Under the pieces are notes generated by a model, which saw only the letters and a program-made list of their open reading frames with translations, was not told the origin of the DNA and searched no databases. The position numbers were made by a program, and so were the translations under genes. Source: Chara braunii (lineage: Eukaryota; Plantae; Charophyceae). Taken from it: 64,000 nt of DNA. The DNA lies in contig BFEA01000041.1 in the NCBI GenBank assembly GCA_003427395.1, positions 2,680,396 to 2,744,395 of the forward strand, written 5' to 3'. Numbering within the stretch: the first letter of the stretch is position 1; the number at the start of each line of letters is the position of its first letter. Shown here in pieces: positions 12,553 to 23,401 of the stretch.

Positions 12553-14249
12553 GGGCGGTAATCTCGCAACTCCTTTCTCTCCCCTCTCGTCTTCATCTCT
12601 TTTTTCCCTACCCGACAAATTTTGCTATTTTTGCGAAGCAATCTCGCGCGTCTACTCAATCCCTATGCGTCCTAGTGGGGAAGGGTATGTAGAATGGATA
12701 GATTGTCGACAGTGTGTCGCACGAGCCCATGGCTCGTGCATCCAGTATAGAAATGGCGATAAACCTTGGTTGTGTCCCTTATGTCATACTGATAAGATCC
12801 CGGCTGAGACTCGATTTCTCGACGCCACGTCAGAAGGGTTGGAAAAAACCCGGAAGTTTAGAAGGGCCGAGGTATGGACGGACATTGCTCTAATAGCTAC
12901 CTTGGTAGGTAACCCCCTCCAGGACTTCACCAAGGAAGATCGGAGGAGGCCCAACGAAAGGGCTAGGGACTATCGCTGGAACGAGGGTCGGTTAGAAAAA
13001 AACGAAAGACGGATGGTAGTGGGATTTGGATGGTAGTGCCGCACCCGTTCATGAGGTATGACTGGGTTAAGACGGCGCATGAGGAAACTGCAGCCCATTT
13101 TGTCGTACGAATCACGGAGGCGGCAATCGACAAGAACGAGTGCTATGATGTGAAATTCATCATCGCGAATTGCTAGGTCTGCGCTGCTGACAAAACGCCG
13201 ATCCATCCACCAAGATCGATAGTACTGACGATAGTTGAACGGTCGTTTCAGAGGGTTAGCATGGATACTACCGATATTGTGGTGCCCCCTGGACCGAATA
13301 GCTGCGAATATTCAATCCTACTAGTATTTGTAGACCATTTTTTGAAATGGATTGAGGTATACCCGTGTCGTATACAACAAGCAGCTGAAATCGCGCGATA
13401 TGTCAACTGGTTCTTAGGGATGCATCACAACACAAAGGAAATCCTGACCGACAATGGGGTAGAATTCAGAGGGGAAGTTTTAAGGAATCTGGTCGTACAT
13501 GGCGTCACCTTTCGGAATACTGCACCCTACATATCGCAATCTAATGGTCTAGTGGAAAACGCAAATCGAGTGATAAAGACAGCGTTGTGACGAAACATCG
13601 CGGCACGGGACCCGAGGCCCAGACTCGATATCGTAGACCACATCTTGGCCGTCTGAGGAACACCTCACGAATCGACGGGCCTTAGCCCTTTCCAATTGTA
13701 GCTTGTGTCTCGATACCGAGCCTCCCCGACGAATCTTCATTGAACCGACGGCCCACAAGGGCCACCGTTCGGGACAAGGCCAAGTGGCACATGGAGCTGA
13801 TGGAACGGTCCCTTCCCCGATTAGCCCGAAAACGCCAGAAAATGACTGAGTTGGCCCACGGCCGACAGGTCCGTAGCTACGAAACCCGGAATGGGAACGC
13901 AGGACCGCGACCCCAATATAAATTAGGGGACCTGGTGCAAGACCTGCAGGTGAGGAAATGTGCTCGCCAAGGGAAGATAGCGCCACGATTCTTCCGGCGA
14001 TTTCGTGTGATCAAACTAGGACCGAACGGGGTGAACACCGTGCGCCTCGTGCCGGAGGTCTCGAGAAGTCGATCGGCTCGACCGATCGCCCGCCACGTGT
14101 CCTATCTATGTCCTCTCCCTTCCTCTCCATCTTCAGCTGTGTCCGCTTCCTCCTTCGCTACAGACGAGGACGGCGACTCCTTATCGCTTTCATCCCCTCT
14201 TGCATCTATCGACCTTTCTCGTACTTCGTCCCCATCGCCATCGCCATGA
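12545..14249 (+). pseudogene. PHD finger-integrase (broken)
   Basis: CYFC..WIDCRQC....HGSC..WLCPLC (C4HC3), then HEETAAH and CxxC zinc-binding residues, MDTTD..TDNG..SNGLVENANR catalytic core, and a GPY/F-like tail; no chromodomain seen. Confidence 0.85.
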
Positions 14250-14900
14250 GTTTTCTTACTGAGTGGGCTCTCGATGATCACATGTTGGCGCCACGTGGCG
14301 ACATTTCGACAATTCGGCAAGTCCATCACCCGCGATTCAGCTCGGAGCTTCTACGACTCGCGCTGTTCTTCTGTACCACGGGAGTGTACGTGGCGGCAGA
14401 GTTCTGATTTACGAGCCATCGTCAAGCGATCATGTTGGCAGAAGCGACAGCGGTTCGATGGCTGTCAATAGTCGTCGTTATCATTTTAAGGTGTCACTCT
14501 TTGAGGGTGGTATAGTCATACCAGAGTTGCACATATTTCGAGGAAAGCGTCATTATCGACTACGCCAGGACATTGTTGTTGGAACCGCAGGTCTGTGCTT
14601 GGCTGTTATAGCCCATATTTGAATCGAGCACAGAGGGTTTGCTGTATTCGAAAACAAAGTTGAACGTTGAGACTACATAGCTACTGTTTCGTTAGGATGA
14701 TCGGCGTGTCGTGAGTTGGGCAGTTTATGACGCATGATTGGAGAGCTATTGCGACTTCCAAGCCTTTTGACGTGTTATTACTTCATCCTGACTACAATTT
14801 TGACTGTGGTCATTGCGTTGGCCATCATTGCGGGGTCCTCAAGAGTTGAAGACAACAACGCCTTTGAGTGAACCTCTTCCTCAATCTTGGGGGACTAAGT
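14246..14900 (+). pseudogene. Extra ORF downstream of integrase, function unknown (right end approximate)
   Basis: ATG overlaps the integrase stop (ATGA, 14246-14249); MSFLTE..IRQVHHPRFSSELLRLALFF aligns with MSFSTE..IRQVRHSRLSVDLLRFAAFF in A2. Confidence 0.55.
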
Positions 14901-15272
14901 TTCCTACTACACTTTTTACTCTAAGTCTGATATGTTATTCGGGAGAGGAAGGTGCCAGGTGGGATTGCAACCCACAAGGCCGCATCAAGACCTTGTGGGA
15001 GGTCCACCCAGCGATTGCGGGAGCTCTGCCAGAGCCCAGGCGGGGTTCTGGAGGCAGATAACGTTCATGTATAACTTCTGTTTACACGTTTGATCCCGTA
15101 TTCCCCTAATTCTAGTACCTTCTATTTCTGGCAGCGAATATGGTTGAAATCATTATATTCTAGATTACCAGATGTCCGATCGGAGACCTTTCCCTGGTAT
15201 TTCTGCCTAAGACTAACTAGACATACTCCTAAGTTGTGGCAGTCTCGTTTTATGCTTGATGTCGTCAATTAA

Positions 15273-15422
15273 ACCACCAGTACTTCCTAGAGTCATGCCC
15301 GTTAACACGCCATGATTTTAGGAAACGTACGGGCTACTACAGGAGCACCCAAATTCATCCAACTAGAAACACTTCTACTCTAGTTTTTTCCACAGCCGAT
15401 AGCTGGGCCAAGTACTGGTGGT
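15273..15422. mobile_element. MITE-like element flanked by TTAA
   Basis: TTAA|ACCACCAGTACTT ... AAGTACTGGTGGT|TTAA. Confidence 0.7.
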
Positions 15423-15488
15423 TTAAGCAGAAGCCGGGCGTACCCCACAGATATTCGTCACATATGATCTCCGTAATGTATTCTTGGG

Positions 15489-15619
15489 ATGCTGGAGCCG
15501 GTTTCCCTCAGGTGCTACTTCCCACCAATAGAGTGGAGTCACTGGCGGGGTAGGTAGGAGTGCATGCTCGTTCCATCACTCCTATCTGCTTTCAGCTGTG
15601 TTACTTGGAAAAAAAAAAA
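15489..15619 (+). mobile_element. Short poly(A) retroposon, copy 2
   Basis: GCTGGAGCCGGTTTCC..CAGGTGCTACTTCCCACCAATAGAGTGGAGT, A-tail at 15609-15619. Confidence 0.55.
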
Positions 15620-16003
15620 GTGTCTGTCAAACCTTGACAGGACGGCCTTTCAGCCATTTTTTTTTTTTTCCCGGTTCCCCTAAGAAGCCCCCTACCCACC
15701 CTTCCTCTCGTCTATAGTATTACGGGGAACCCCGTAGCAACCGACCCGAGTTCAAGCCTCCAACGACGGAAGCTGCGGGGGCTGCACCCGACCTGCAGGT
15801 GGGCGATGCCGGCCAGGAGTCAGCCGGTAGCATCAGCCTTCAGGACCGATCTTGTTTGATGGGCTAGTCGCTGTGCCTCCCCTCCGGTTCCCCTCCCCCT
15901 ACGAACATCAGCAGTCAATGCCGCTTGGGGGGACCGAAGGGCTATCTCTAGGTGGTGGACGCCAAGCTTAACCAGGAAGGTACATGAGGGCAATGGGGAT
16001 TAA

Positions 16004-16146
16004 ACCACCAGTACTTGGGCGTCGCCTTAGCGTTAATGCTACGTGATTTCCGTGGCCGGCGGGCCGTCGATAAATCGAATCGACAGCCCGCGCTGCTTCG
16101 AGATTTGGGCGGCCGGCGCGGCGCGCAGTGCCCAAGTACTCGTGGT
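16004..16146. mobile_element. MITE-like element flanked by TTAA, same TIR as 15273
   Basis: TTAA|ACCACCAGTACTTGGGC ... GCCCAAGTACTCGTGGT|TTAA. Confidence 0.75.
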
Positions 16147-17256
16147 TTAAACCCAGGACCTCCAGAATGCCCATTGCGTGCGACCTGGAAATTCAAGGAA
16201 GACCTGCGAGGAGTGGCTGGATGTTTTTTTTTTTCTTTTTTCTTTTTTCTTTTTTCTTTTTTTTTTATAGCAAACTTCAGCATGGGAAAACCTACCTGGA
16301 TGAATTAATAGTGGATCACACTGGAATAGTTGGCAATAGTAAAAGAGGGGACCTCATTCATGGAAGAAGGTTGTGTACGAGAGACAGAATTGGAAGGGAA
16401 AGTCAGCGAAGTACATATTGTATGAGAGGAAAAAATGATATTTGTGGAACAAGGGCAGGTCCGTGAAGGGGGCAGACGTGCAGTACCACCTCACTCCGCC
16501 CCATTTGCTGGGTCAAAAATGAGAGGGCATGGAGGGTGAGAGGGCTACTGGAGATGGTGGTGGATGGTGAAGAAGCATATTACAACCAAGCGATTACGCA
16601 AGCAATCACGAAGTCAAGCACATCTCTGAAAGTGCCATAACCGAGCTTCAAGATAAACAGTGATAACAACGGGCTAGAACCTCCAGGTTTGATTAACAAC
16701 ACAACGTAGAACAACCAAAGCGAAAAATAGTTGTGCTGGGCGGATACTATGCCCGTGTTGCTCATTACAGGCTACAAAAGCAAACTGGCAAAGTTTATAG
16801 CCCTTTAATGGAAAAAAACTAACAAACTGGCTCATTGATCACACTCACCTAGAGCAGAAAGGCTTCTTGGTACTCTGGTGCGAACACTGGCTAGCATATC
16901 TCCCTGCATAGAAAATCAGAGAAACACCGGAACACCTCTTTCCCTCGTGCCCAAAGACGGTGGTGCTGTGGAGATTGTGGGACAGAATATGGAGATGGCT
17001 AACTGGGGAGACGGACCGACCATGGATCTGGAAAGCCATCCTCCTTGACTGCCACTAGAAACCCAGTGGAACAGATTTTGTAGAGGGCTGGTATCGGGTA
17101 GGGATAGAGGCGATGATGTGGGGAATATGGACTGCCCGGTTCACCTATGAATGAGGGGATGTTCACCCAGACCACAAAGTCCGGGAGAACATCATCACCT
17201 GGATGAGTGGAAAACAACACTGGACAACATCAGAAAGAAAAAAGAAAAAGAAAAAG

Positions 17257-17296
<40 letters not shown>

Positions 17297-18250
17297 GGTA
17301 AAAAAAAAAAAAAAAAAACCGAACAAGAAACAGACGAAAAAATCAACGAATTCTGCGGTGAAAGGTTGAATTACCCAGGGGGATGCCTCTAGACCTCAGG
17401 GGCTAAAACTGAGATTCTGTGATTGGGTGACCTGTGATCAGGTACTACGAATGAGGTCAGCTTCAGAATTCCAGTACCCCGACTCTCCCTCAGGGAAGAG
17501 TATAATAGTGGATTTAGCCTGATTTGGGAGAGGGGACTGAGGCGTGCCACGGAGTCCAAGGACCCACCCCCATCCTCTGGCAAAAACGGGGTAACCGTTG
17601 TGTTTAAAAAAAAAAGAAAGAACTGTCATGGTACGGGCAAGGGGAGTTGGCTTAATGCAACATCAGGGGAGGAAACCTGCTAGTAGGATGCGATGCAGAG
17701 ATATGCCGCCTCGAAGCCAAGCTGAAGGGACCGGATCCCCACCAACCAACTTTATCTGGCCTTTTATGCGAAAGATCATACCACCTTGTCACATCTATTC
17801 TTTCTGTTCTAGATCATGTGAATAGTGAAATGCTGGACCCATTTTCCAACAGGTCCAGCTCCCCACAATTAGATTGGAGGCATCCTACCTGCAGACTTCA
17901 ATCCGGGCGGTTCTCTCACCAGCCCCCGGATAAAGGAGCTGCCTTTCACGGGCAAACTCGGAACACCAAAATGAATCATTCCCGATTCTTCAGGAGAACA
18001 GTGCTACCGGACCAAAAAGGCTGGCAGGACCAGCCAAAAGGGGGGGGGGGGGAAGTCGTGCTGGTGCAATGTCAAAGCTTGGCACTCAGTTCTTTTGCGC
18101 ATTCAAGTTGGCAAAAAGACGCTCGGAGGCAGTGGCTGTTAAAAAGAAAAAAGGGGTAACTAGGGCGCAGACATGATTTCAGTTTTTAAATGCAATTCAG
18201 GCATCCCTCAAATACAACACATCCCCACCCGACCCTAAAGCAGGTTTGTA

Positions 18251-18330
18251 TACATTCACAGTTTTCCTCAGTTTGACACAACATTCGCAATACATTCACA
18301 GTTTTCCTTGGTTTGACACAACATTCGCAA
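18251..18330. repeat. 40-bp tandem duplication
   Basis: TACATTCACAGTTTTCCTCAGTTTGACACAACATTCGCAA twice, with 2 mismatches. Confidence 0.9.
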
Positions 18331-18491
18331 AGTCGTGACTGAAACGCATTTTCAAACTAAAACCGTCACCTAACCGCGACAGCACCCTAGTTTTCCCAAG
18401 AAAAAAAGTAAAGAGGGATTGATTCTTCCTCAGGATATTTCAATACTGTCAATATGTGTGCGATTATTGCTCTGTTCTTTCTGCTCACTTC

Positions 18492-18650
18492 TTTTTTTTT
18501 TTTCTTTCTTTTTTTTTATGGGAAACTTCGTGTGTGGGAGAACCCACTTAGCGAGGTGATAAGAGCAGCCTTGTTAAGTGGGGCCCAGCGTTGAAGGCTC
18601 CATCTATTGGTGGGGAGCTGCACCTGCTGGAAATCGGGTCCAGCGTTCCT
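18492..18650 (-). mobile_element. Short poly(A) retroposon, copy 3
   Basis: Reverse complement reads GCTGGACCCGATTTCCAGCAGGTGCAGCTCCCCACCAATAGATGGAGCC; T-run at 18492-18517. Confidence 0.6.
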
Positions 18651-18966
18651 GTACAATGATATGATGAGTGACAACTGGAAAACCGTCCCAGTGTCCCTAT
18701 TCTATGATTTGTGGAGATGTGTTGCGTGCATCCAATACTATGTGATTGTATTCATACTATCTGTATATGATTGTATTCATCCTATGTGTATATTATGTCA
18801 TGTGGCACCAAATCCCTTTTCCACCATATCCGCCATGTCTTACAAAATAGCAGAGGCACTGATTACTTCCCCACTACAGGGAAGGATTGACCTCCTGCCA
18901 TTGAAGCCTGCCCCTAATGAAAATCACCCTCATCAAACACCCCAGCCAACAATCATCAAAGACGCC

Positions 18967-19476
18967 GCAAATAGGACGGACACACGAAACCCTAAACTAT
19001 CCATCCCCCACCTGAGGGGCGGCCAGCGCCCCTTCTGGATTGAAATTGGGGGCCGGGCAACTCACATCAACGAAGGGGACATCGACTATCGACCATCAAC
19101 TATCCTATCCCCATTTGATGCCAGAAAACAAGGAGCAAACTGCAAATAGGATGGACACACGAAACCCTAAACTATCCATCCGCCACCTGAGGGGCGCCCG
19201 GCACCCCTTCTGGATTCAAATTGGGGGCCGGGCAACTCGCATCAGCGAAGGGGACATCGACTATCGACTATCCTATCCCCATTTGATGCCAGAAAACGAG
19301 GAGCAAACCGCAAATAGGACGGACACATGAAACCCTAAACTCTCCATCCCCCACCTGAGGGGCGGCCGGCACCCCTTCTGGATTGAAATTGAGGGCCGGG
19401 CAACTCGCATCAACGAAGGGGACATCGACTATAGACTAAATCCTATCCCCATTTGATGCCAGAAAACGAGGAGCAA
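18967..19476. repeat. Tandem repeat, 3 x ~170 bp
   Basis: Units start GCAAATAGGA at ~18967, 19142 and 19310; each carries AAACCCTAAA. Confidence 0.92.
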
Positions 19477-20290
19477 TTTAACACTTCTTTGTGCTTGGAT
19501 CAATGCCAGTCTAAGAGACCACAATGTGCTCGGCGTTTGGATTTCCTCCCGCGTACTAAGTGAACAAATAAATTCAATTTGGACCAGTGACCACCAGAGA
19601 GACCCATCGGTGAAGTTTCTCTCCTTCCTAGATCTTATCTTCTTCCCTTCTGTTTTCGAATTTCCGTAGTTGTTCAACTTCTTCTCTCATTTTCTCAATT
19701 TATACAACTCTTTCCTGATCAGGCCATTCATTCTTCTAGTGGATATGCTATTATAGATTGGAAAGGAATTTACTTCATGTGCCAGGGTGGATGGTTTTAC
19801 ACGTAAGTCAGGTGGAGGGACATATTGTGCATGAGGCAAGAGGTAGTGGAGCCACCTTGGATAAGATCGTCTTAATCCATTTGTTTATTTTCCTGCCTGC
19901 TCATTTATAGCCATAATATTTCCTGTTTTGAGGTGCCATTTGGGCAAAATCATTGGTACACAGTGGCCCCCACTTTTATATTATGTGATATGTTCTGAAT
20001 GGAAAAGGTGTCCGAATGTCAATGGTATCCTCAGATACATTCTGCACTACCTGACCAGAGCGGTCAGACCCACATGCATTTTGACAGGGGTTGGGATCAT
20101 GGGATGTTACACCAAATTTTCCTACAAGGCGGTTTTTTTCTTCCCCCCCCCCCCCCCAATTTTTTTACTTCCCTACATCCAAGACCATATAACTTTCATT
20201 TTTCTTCTTTTTCTTTTGGAGCAACTACTAGGCACGAGTCACAAAAACCGTTTGAAAATACACTTTGGGCCAAAACTAGTTTCAAATTGT

Positions 20291-20447
20291 CCCCACCAAT
20301 CGATGGAGCCTCTCCCCGGGTGGTAGCGGTGTCTGCTTTTACCAGCACCAATAGCACTGGAGGGAGTTTTGGTGTCTGCTTTTACGAGCACCGCTAGCAC
20401 TGGAGGGAGTTCTCTTCTTCAAAAAAAAAAAAAAAAAAAGAAACAAA
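20291..20447 (+). mobile_element. Short poly(A) retroposon, copy 4 (5'-truncated, internal ~43-bp duplication)
   Basis: CCCCACCAATCGATGGAGCC...; GGTGTCTGCTTTTAC.AGCACC..TAGCACTGGAGGGAGTT twice; A-tail from 20421. Confidence 0.6.
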
Positions 20448-20554
20448 GTTTCAAATTGTAGTATTGTACATTGCATTTTTAATTTTTAAATGTTGTCAGT
20501 ACCTGCATGAGGTTGGACCCCATTGCCTAGATTCTTTGTTCTGAACCATAGATT

Positions 20555-20650
20555 TTTTATTTTTTTATTTTTTTTTTCTTATAGAGTCCAGGGTATTGTA
20601 GAGGTCAGTCAGTGATTGCACAGTGAGCACCTGGAACTGTGAGCCGCGGG
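20555..20650 (-). mobile_element. 96-bp retroposed insert with poly(A) and an 18-bp TSD
   Basis: TGTTCTGAACCATAGATT at 20537-20554 and 20651-20668 flanks a T-rich tail plus ~70 bp. Confidence 0.85.
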
Positions 20651-20900
20651 TGTTCTGAACCATAGATTGATTACAAGGAAAGAGCATCCATATAGCTGGG
20701 AGCTTGCCCATGATAGTTGAATCGTACGACCATGGAGATTGGCCCCCAGCCGTGAGCGTTCGGTGGCCCAACATCACTCTGCCAAGCCTCCGGATCCAGA
20801 TGTGGTAAAAGCACAACCAACACTGACGTCTCGCCTTCTGTAGAAGACCCCCACCTTCAGATCGAGGACTAAGGCTTTGCCTTCGAAGATGGCCCCCTTC

Positions 20901-21046
20901 TTTCTTTTTTTTTTTCTTTTTTTCCGGAGAGAACTACCCGAGTGGATGCTAGGAGTGCTGGTAAGAGGAGGCACCACTGGCACTCCCGGGGAGGCTCCAT
21001 CTATTGGTGGATAGCAGCTCCTGCTGGAAAGCGGGTCCGGCATCCC
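20901..21046 (-). mobile_element. Short poly(A) retroposon, copy 5
   Basis: Reverse complement reads GCCGGACCCGCTTTCCAGCAGGAGCTGCTATCCACCAATAGATGGAGCC...; T-rich run at 20901-20923. Confidence 0.6.
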
Positions 21047-21379
21047 TGGTAGTTGCTTGATTGATCAGACATGCAATTTTGATGAGAACCAGCTGTAGGG
21101 CTCACCTACAGAGTATGAAATTTGGCAGGTGGCACTACACAGCAGCCTGAGTTGCTTGCCTACATGCGTCCTGCATTAAGCCTGAATTAAGTGATAGTAT
21201 ACACAGATCACATGGCTGCTGCAAGGGGAGTTGGAACCAGTTTCTAACAGATTCTAAGTAGTGTTCGGCTTCACCTCATTCCTCCTGTGAACAGCCCTTT
21301 GTTGATGAACTTCAATTTGTTTGTTTGAACAGACGTGTACTTGAAGAATGTGCAAAATGAGAATGAATCTTCCGCTAGA

Positions 21380-23048
21380 ACATGGGAAGATACATTGCCC
21401 AATTCAACTCTCTTCCATCCCTCTTCGAGCGGTTCCAAAACCGCTGTAGCGATCAGCCCACACTCTATTCCTCAGATCTGACCTCACCATTTACTTCGCC
21501 CAGGGCTAAGACCCTGGAAACAACTCTTTTGCCCGCGTCAATCAAGAACCGCCTGAGAAATGCAATCTCTTTCTCATCACCTTCCCGCCGTCTTCTTGCT
21601 CAAGCCCGTAGTCCTCGTCTCCTTCTTCTGCTTCCTCTATCCCGAAAGATTAGCGCAGTTCCTATTAGCGTGTGCAATCCGACAAGTTTTACCAACAATG
21701 AATGAAAGATAACTCAAAAAATTCGAACAGCCTTGACCGCCAAGTCCTTATAGCGCCAATCCGGCCCTTGGGCACTAACACTTCCTGTCTTTCGTGATCT
21801 TACCCCATATTGTTGGCTAACTGCAGTGTGTCATCCCTAAGTAGATGCCACACTAACCTTTTCCGTATCGTTCCAATTTTAACGGATGTCCTGAAGGACC
21901 CGGCCGTGATTACGGCCTTGGGATATCATCATTGAACTGACCGGGCCTAGTTAACTCAAAACTGCAGTGTTTTAGTCATCTGCTCTCAGTGGAGTTCGAG
22001 CTCAGGTCTGTATTTCAACAGCTCAGGAGGTGTACCAACTGAGATAGGCCAGTTGGTTCCACCGCCGGTCTCGTCCAGGACCCAAAATCGGACTAGCTAG
22101 TAATAAAAATAAAAAATAAAAAAGAACAAAAAATGTAATGGAGAGAGAAAAGCAGAGGAGAGAGGGGGACTGCTGGCACTCCATCCTCGGTCCCACCAAT
22201 CTGGCCGCGGATGAGACCGGGAACAAAACCAAAGGGGATAGTTGACCTCTCCCTTCAAGGCTGCTCCTTTATTCCTTCATCGTTGATTGCTGGCCTTCAT
22301 CCCTCCACCCATCATGTGGAAGTCTGATACTGTAACCTACAGTCCTCGGGTATTGGCAGAACCTAGAGCGCACAAATATTTATATAATAACGGTGCCATA
22401 AGTGGGCCTGCGAAAATGCACCAAGGCCACACCTTGGCCTATCGGCCGAACCCACGGCCACCGAGCTTCCATATCTACCGTGCGGAAGATGTGGTTCACG
22501 TACTCTTCCTCCTTGCACACCACTTCCACACAACAGGCCATACTGTCGTCAATTTGGCTTGTATTGTACCCCGTCCACGCACGCCTTGTCAAGATCGTAG
22601 GGGCTCGCCGTCAAACAAGGACCCAACTAATTCCGCGCTGCGAAGCTCAAGCCGCAACTTAAGTAAGTCAACGGAAACCATTTCAGATCATGGTTCTGAT
22701 AGTTAACCTGGACGTCAGCCATGACAATGCTGGTCTCTACGCGCGCGTACTCAGTAAGTGCGGCGATGCTAATCAAGATTTTAATCCTTCTCCAGCTCAT
22801 ACTGTTGTGCGAGGTCATTAACTACACTATCACTTCTCAAAATCACCAGATGTCTGGGTAAATCAGTGCGTCCCCATATGTGCACGCTCATACACTCTCT
22901 GATTCGACCACTAGCACACTCCCTTTTTCAGCTTCAAAGAGTAGTTTGCGGGTTGTGCAAAGGTAACTGTGTCACTGCCTTAAACGTCACTTACTGCAGG
23001 AATCCGGTCGTCGACGGTTGGTGACTGATTCCCCCACGTCTCGAGACA
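21380..23048 (-). mobile_element. LTR fragment distantly related to the element B LTR (left end approximate)
   Basis: Minus strand starts TGTC at 23048; colinear patches with 35490-36600: AAGTGAC, TTATGGCAC, ACTATCCCC, GCTGYTGAAATACAGACC, GGCCGTAA, then a U6-like sequence. Confidence 0.6.
21826..21899 (-). ncRNA. U6: U6 snRNA-derived sequence (degenerate)
   Basis: GTCCTTCAGGACATCCGTTAAAATTGGAACGATACGGAAAAGGTTAGTGTGGCATCTACTTAGGGATGACACAC aligns with the plant U6 5' three quarters. Confidence 0.85.
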
Positions 23049-23056
23049 TGTGAGAC

Positions 23057-23401
23057 ATTCTTGTGTCACCTCCCCTGAGATTGTCGGCTATGTGGCACCC
23101 AAGGCCGCGGCCTAGGCCGCGGCCAAGGAGGCCAGCCGCGGGCCCGCGGCCNATTCTTGTGTCACCTCCCCTGAGATTGTCGGCTATGTGGCACCCAAGG
23201 CCGCGGCCTAGGCCGCGGCCAAGGAGGCCAGCCGCGGGCCCGCGGCCGAGTTTCCGCACGGCCGTGCCACAGCCAGGAGGGGGGGCGCGCAGGAAATCGG
23301 TGCGCGATTCTTGTGTCACCTCCCCTGAGATTGTCGGCTATGTGGCACCCAAGGCCGCGGCCTAGGCCGCGGCCAAGGAGGCCAGCCGCGGGCCCGCGGC
23401 C
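23057..23401. repeat. GC-rich tandem repeat (154-bp period) running into a gap
   Basis: Identical 95-bp block at 23057, 23153 and 23307; contains perfect palindromes of 22 and 16 bp. Confidence 0.85.

Larger units (their letters stand above)
5687..14900 (+). mobile_element. Degenerate Ty3/gypsy LTR retrotransposon, family A copy 1 (A1); no 3' LTR seen, right end approximate
   Basis: Order LTR-PBS-gag-PR-RT-RH-INT; colinear with the minus-strand element at ~52-64 kb. Confidence 0.9.

Noticed and set aside
15320-15341. GGGCTACTACA as the 3' LTR end of A1
   Set aside because: No match to the 5' LTR, no TSD match, and it lies inside the TTAA-flanked MITE
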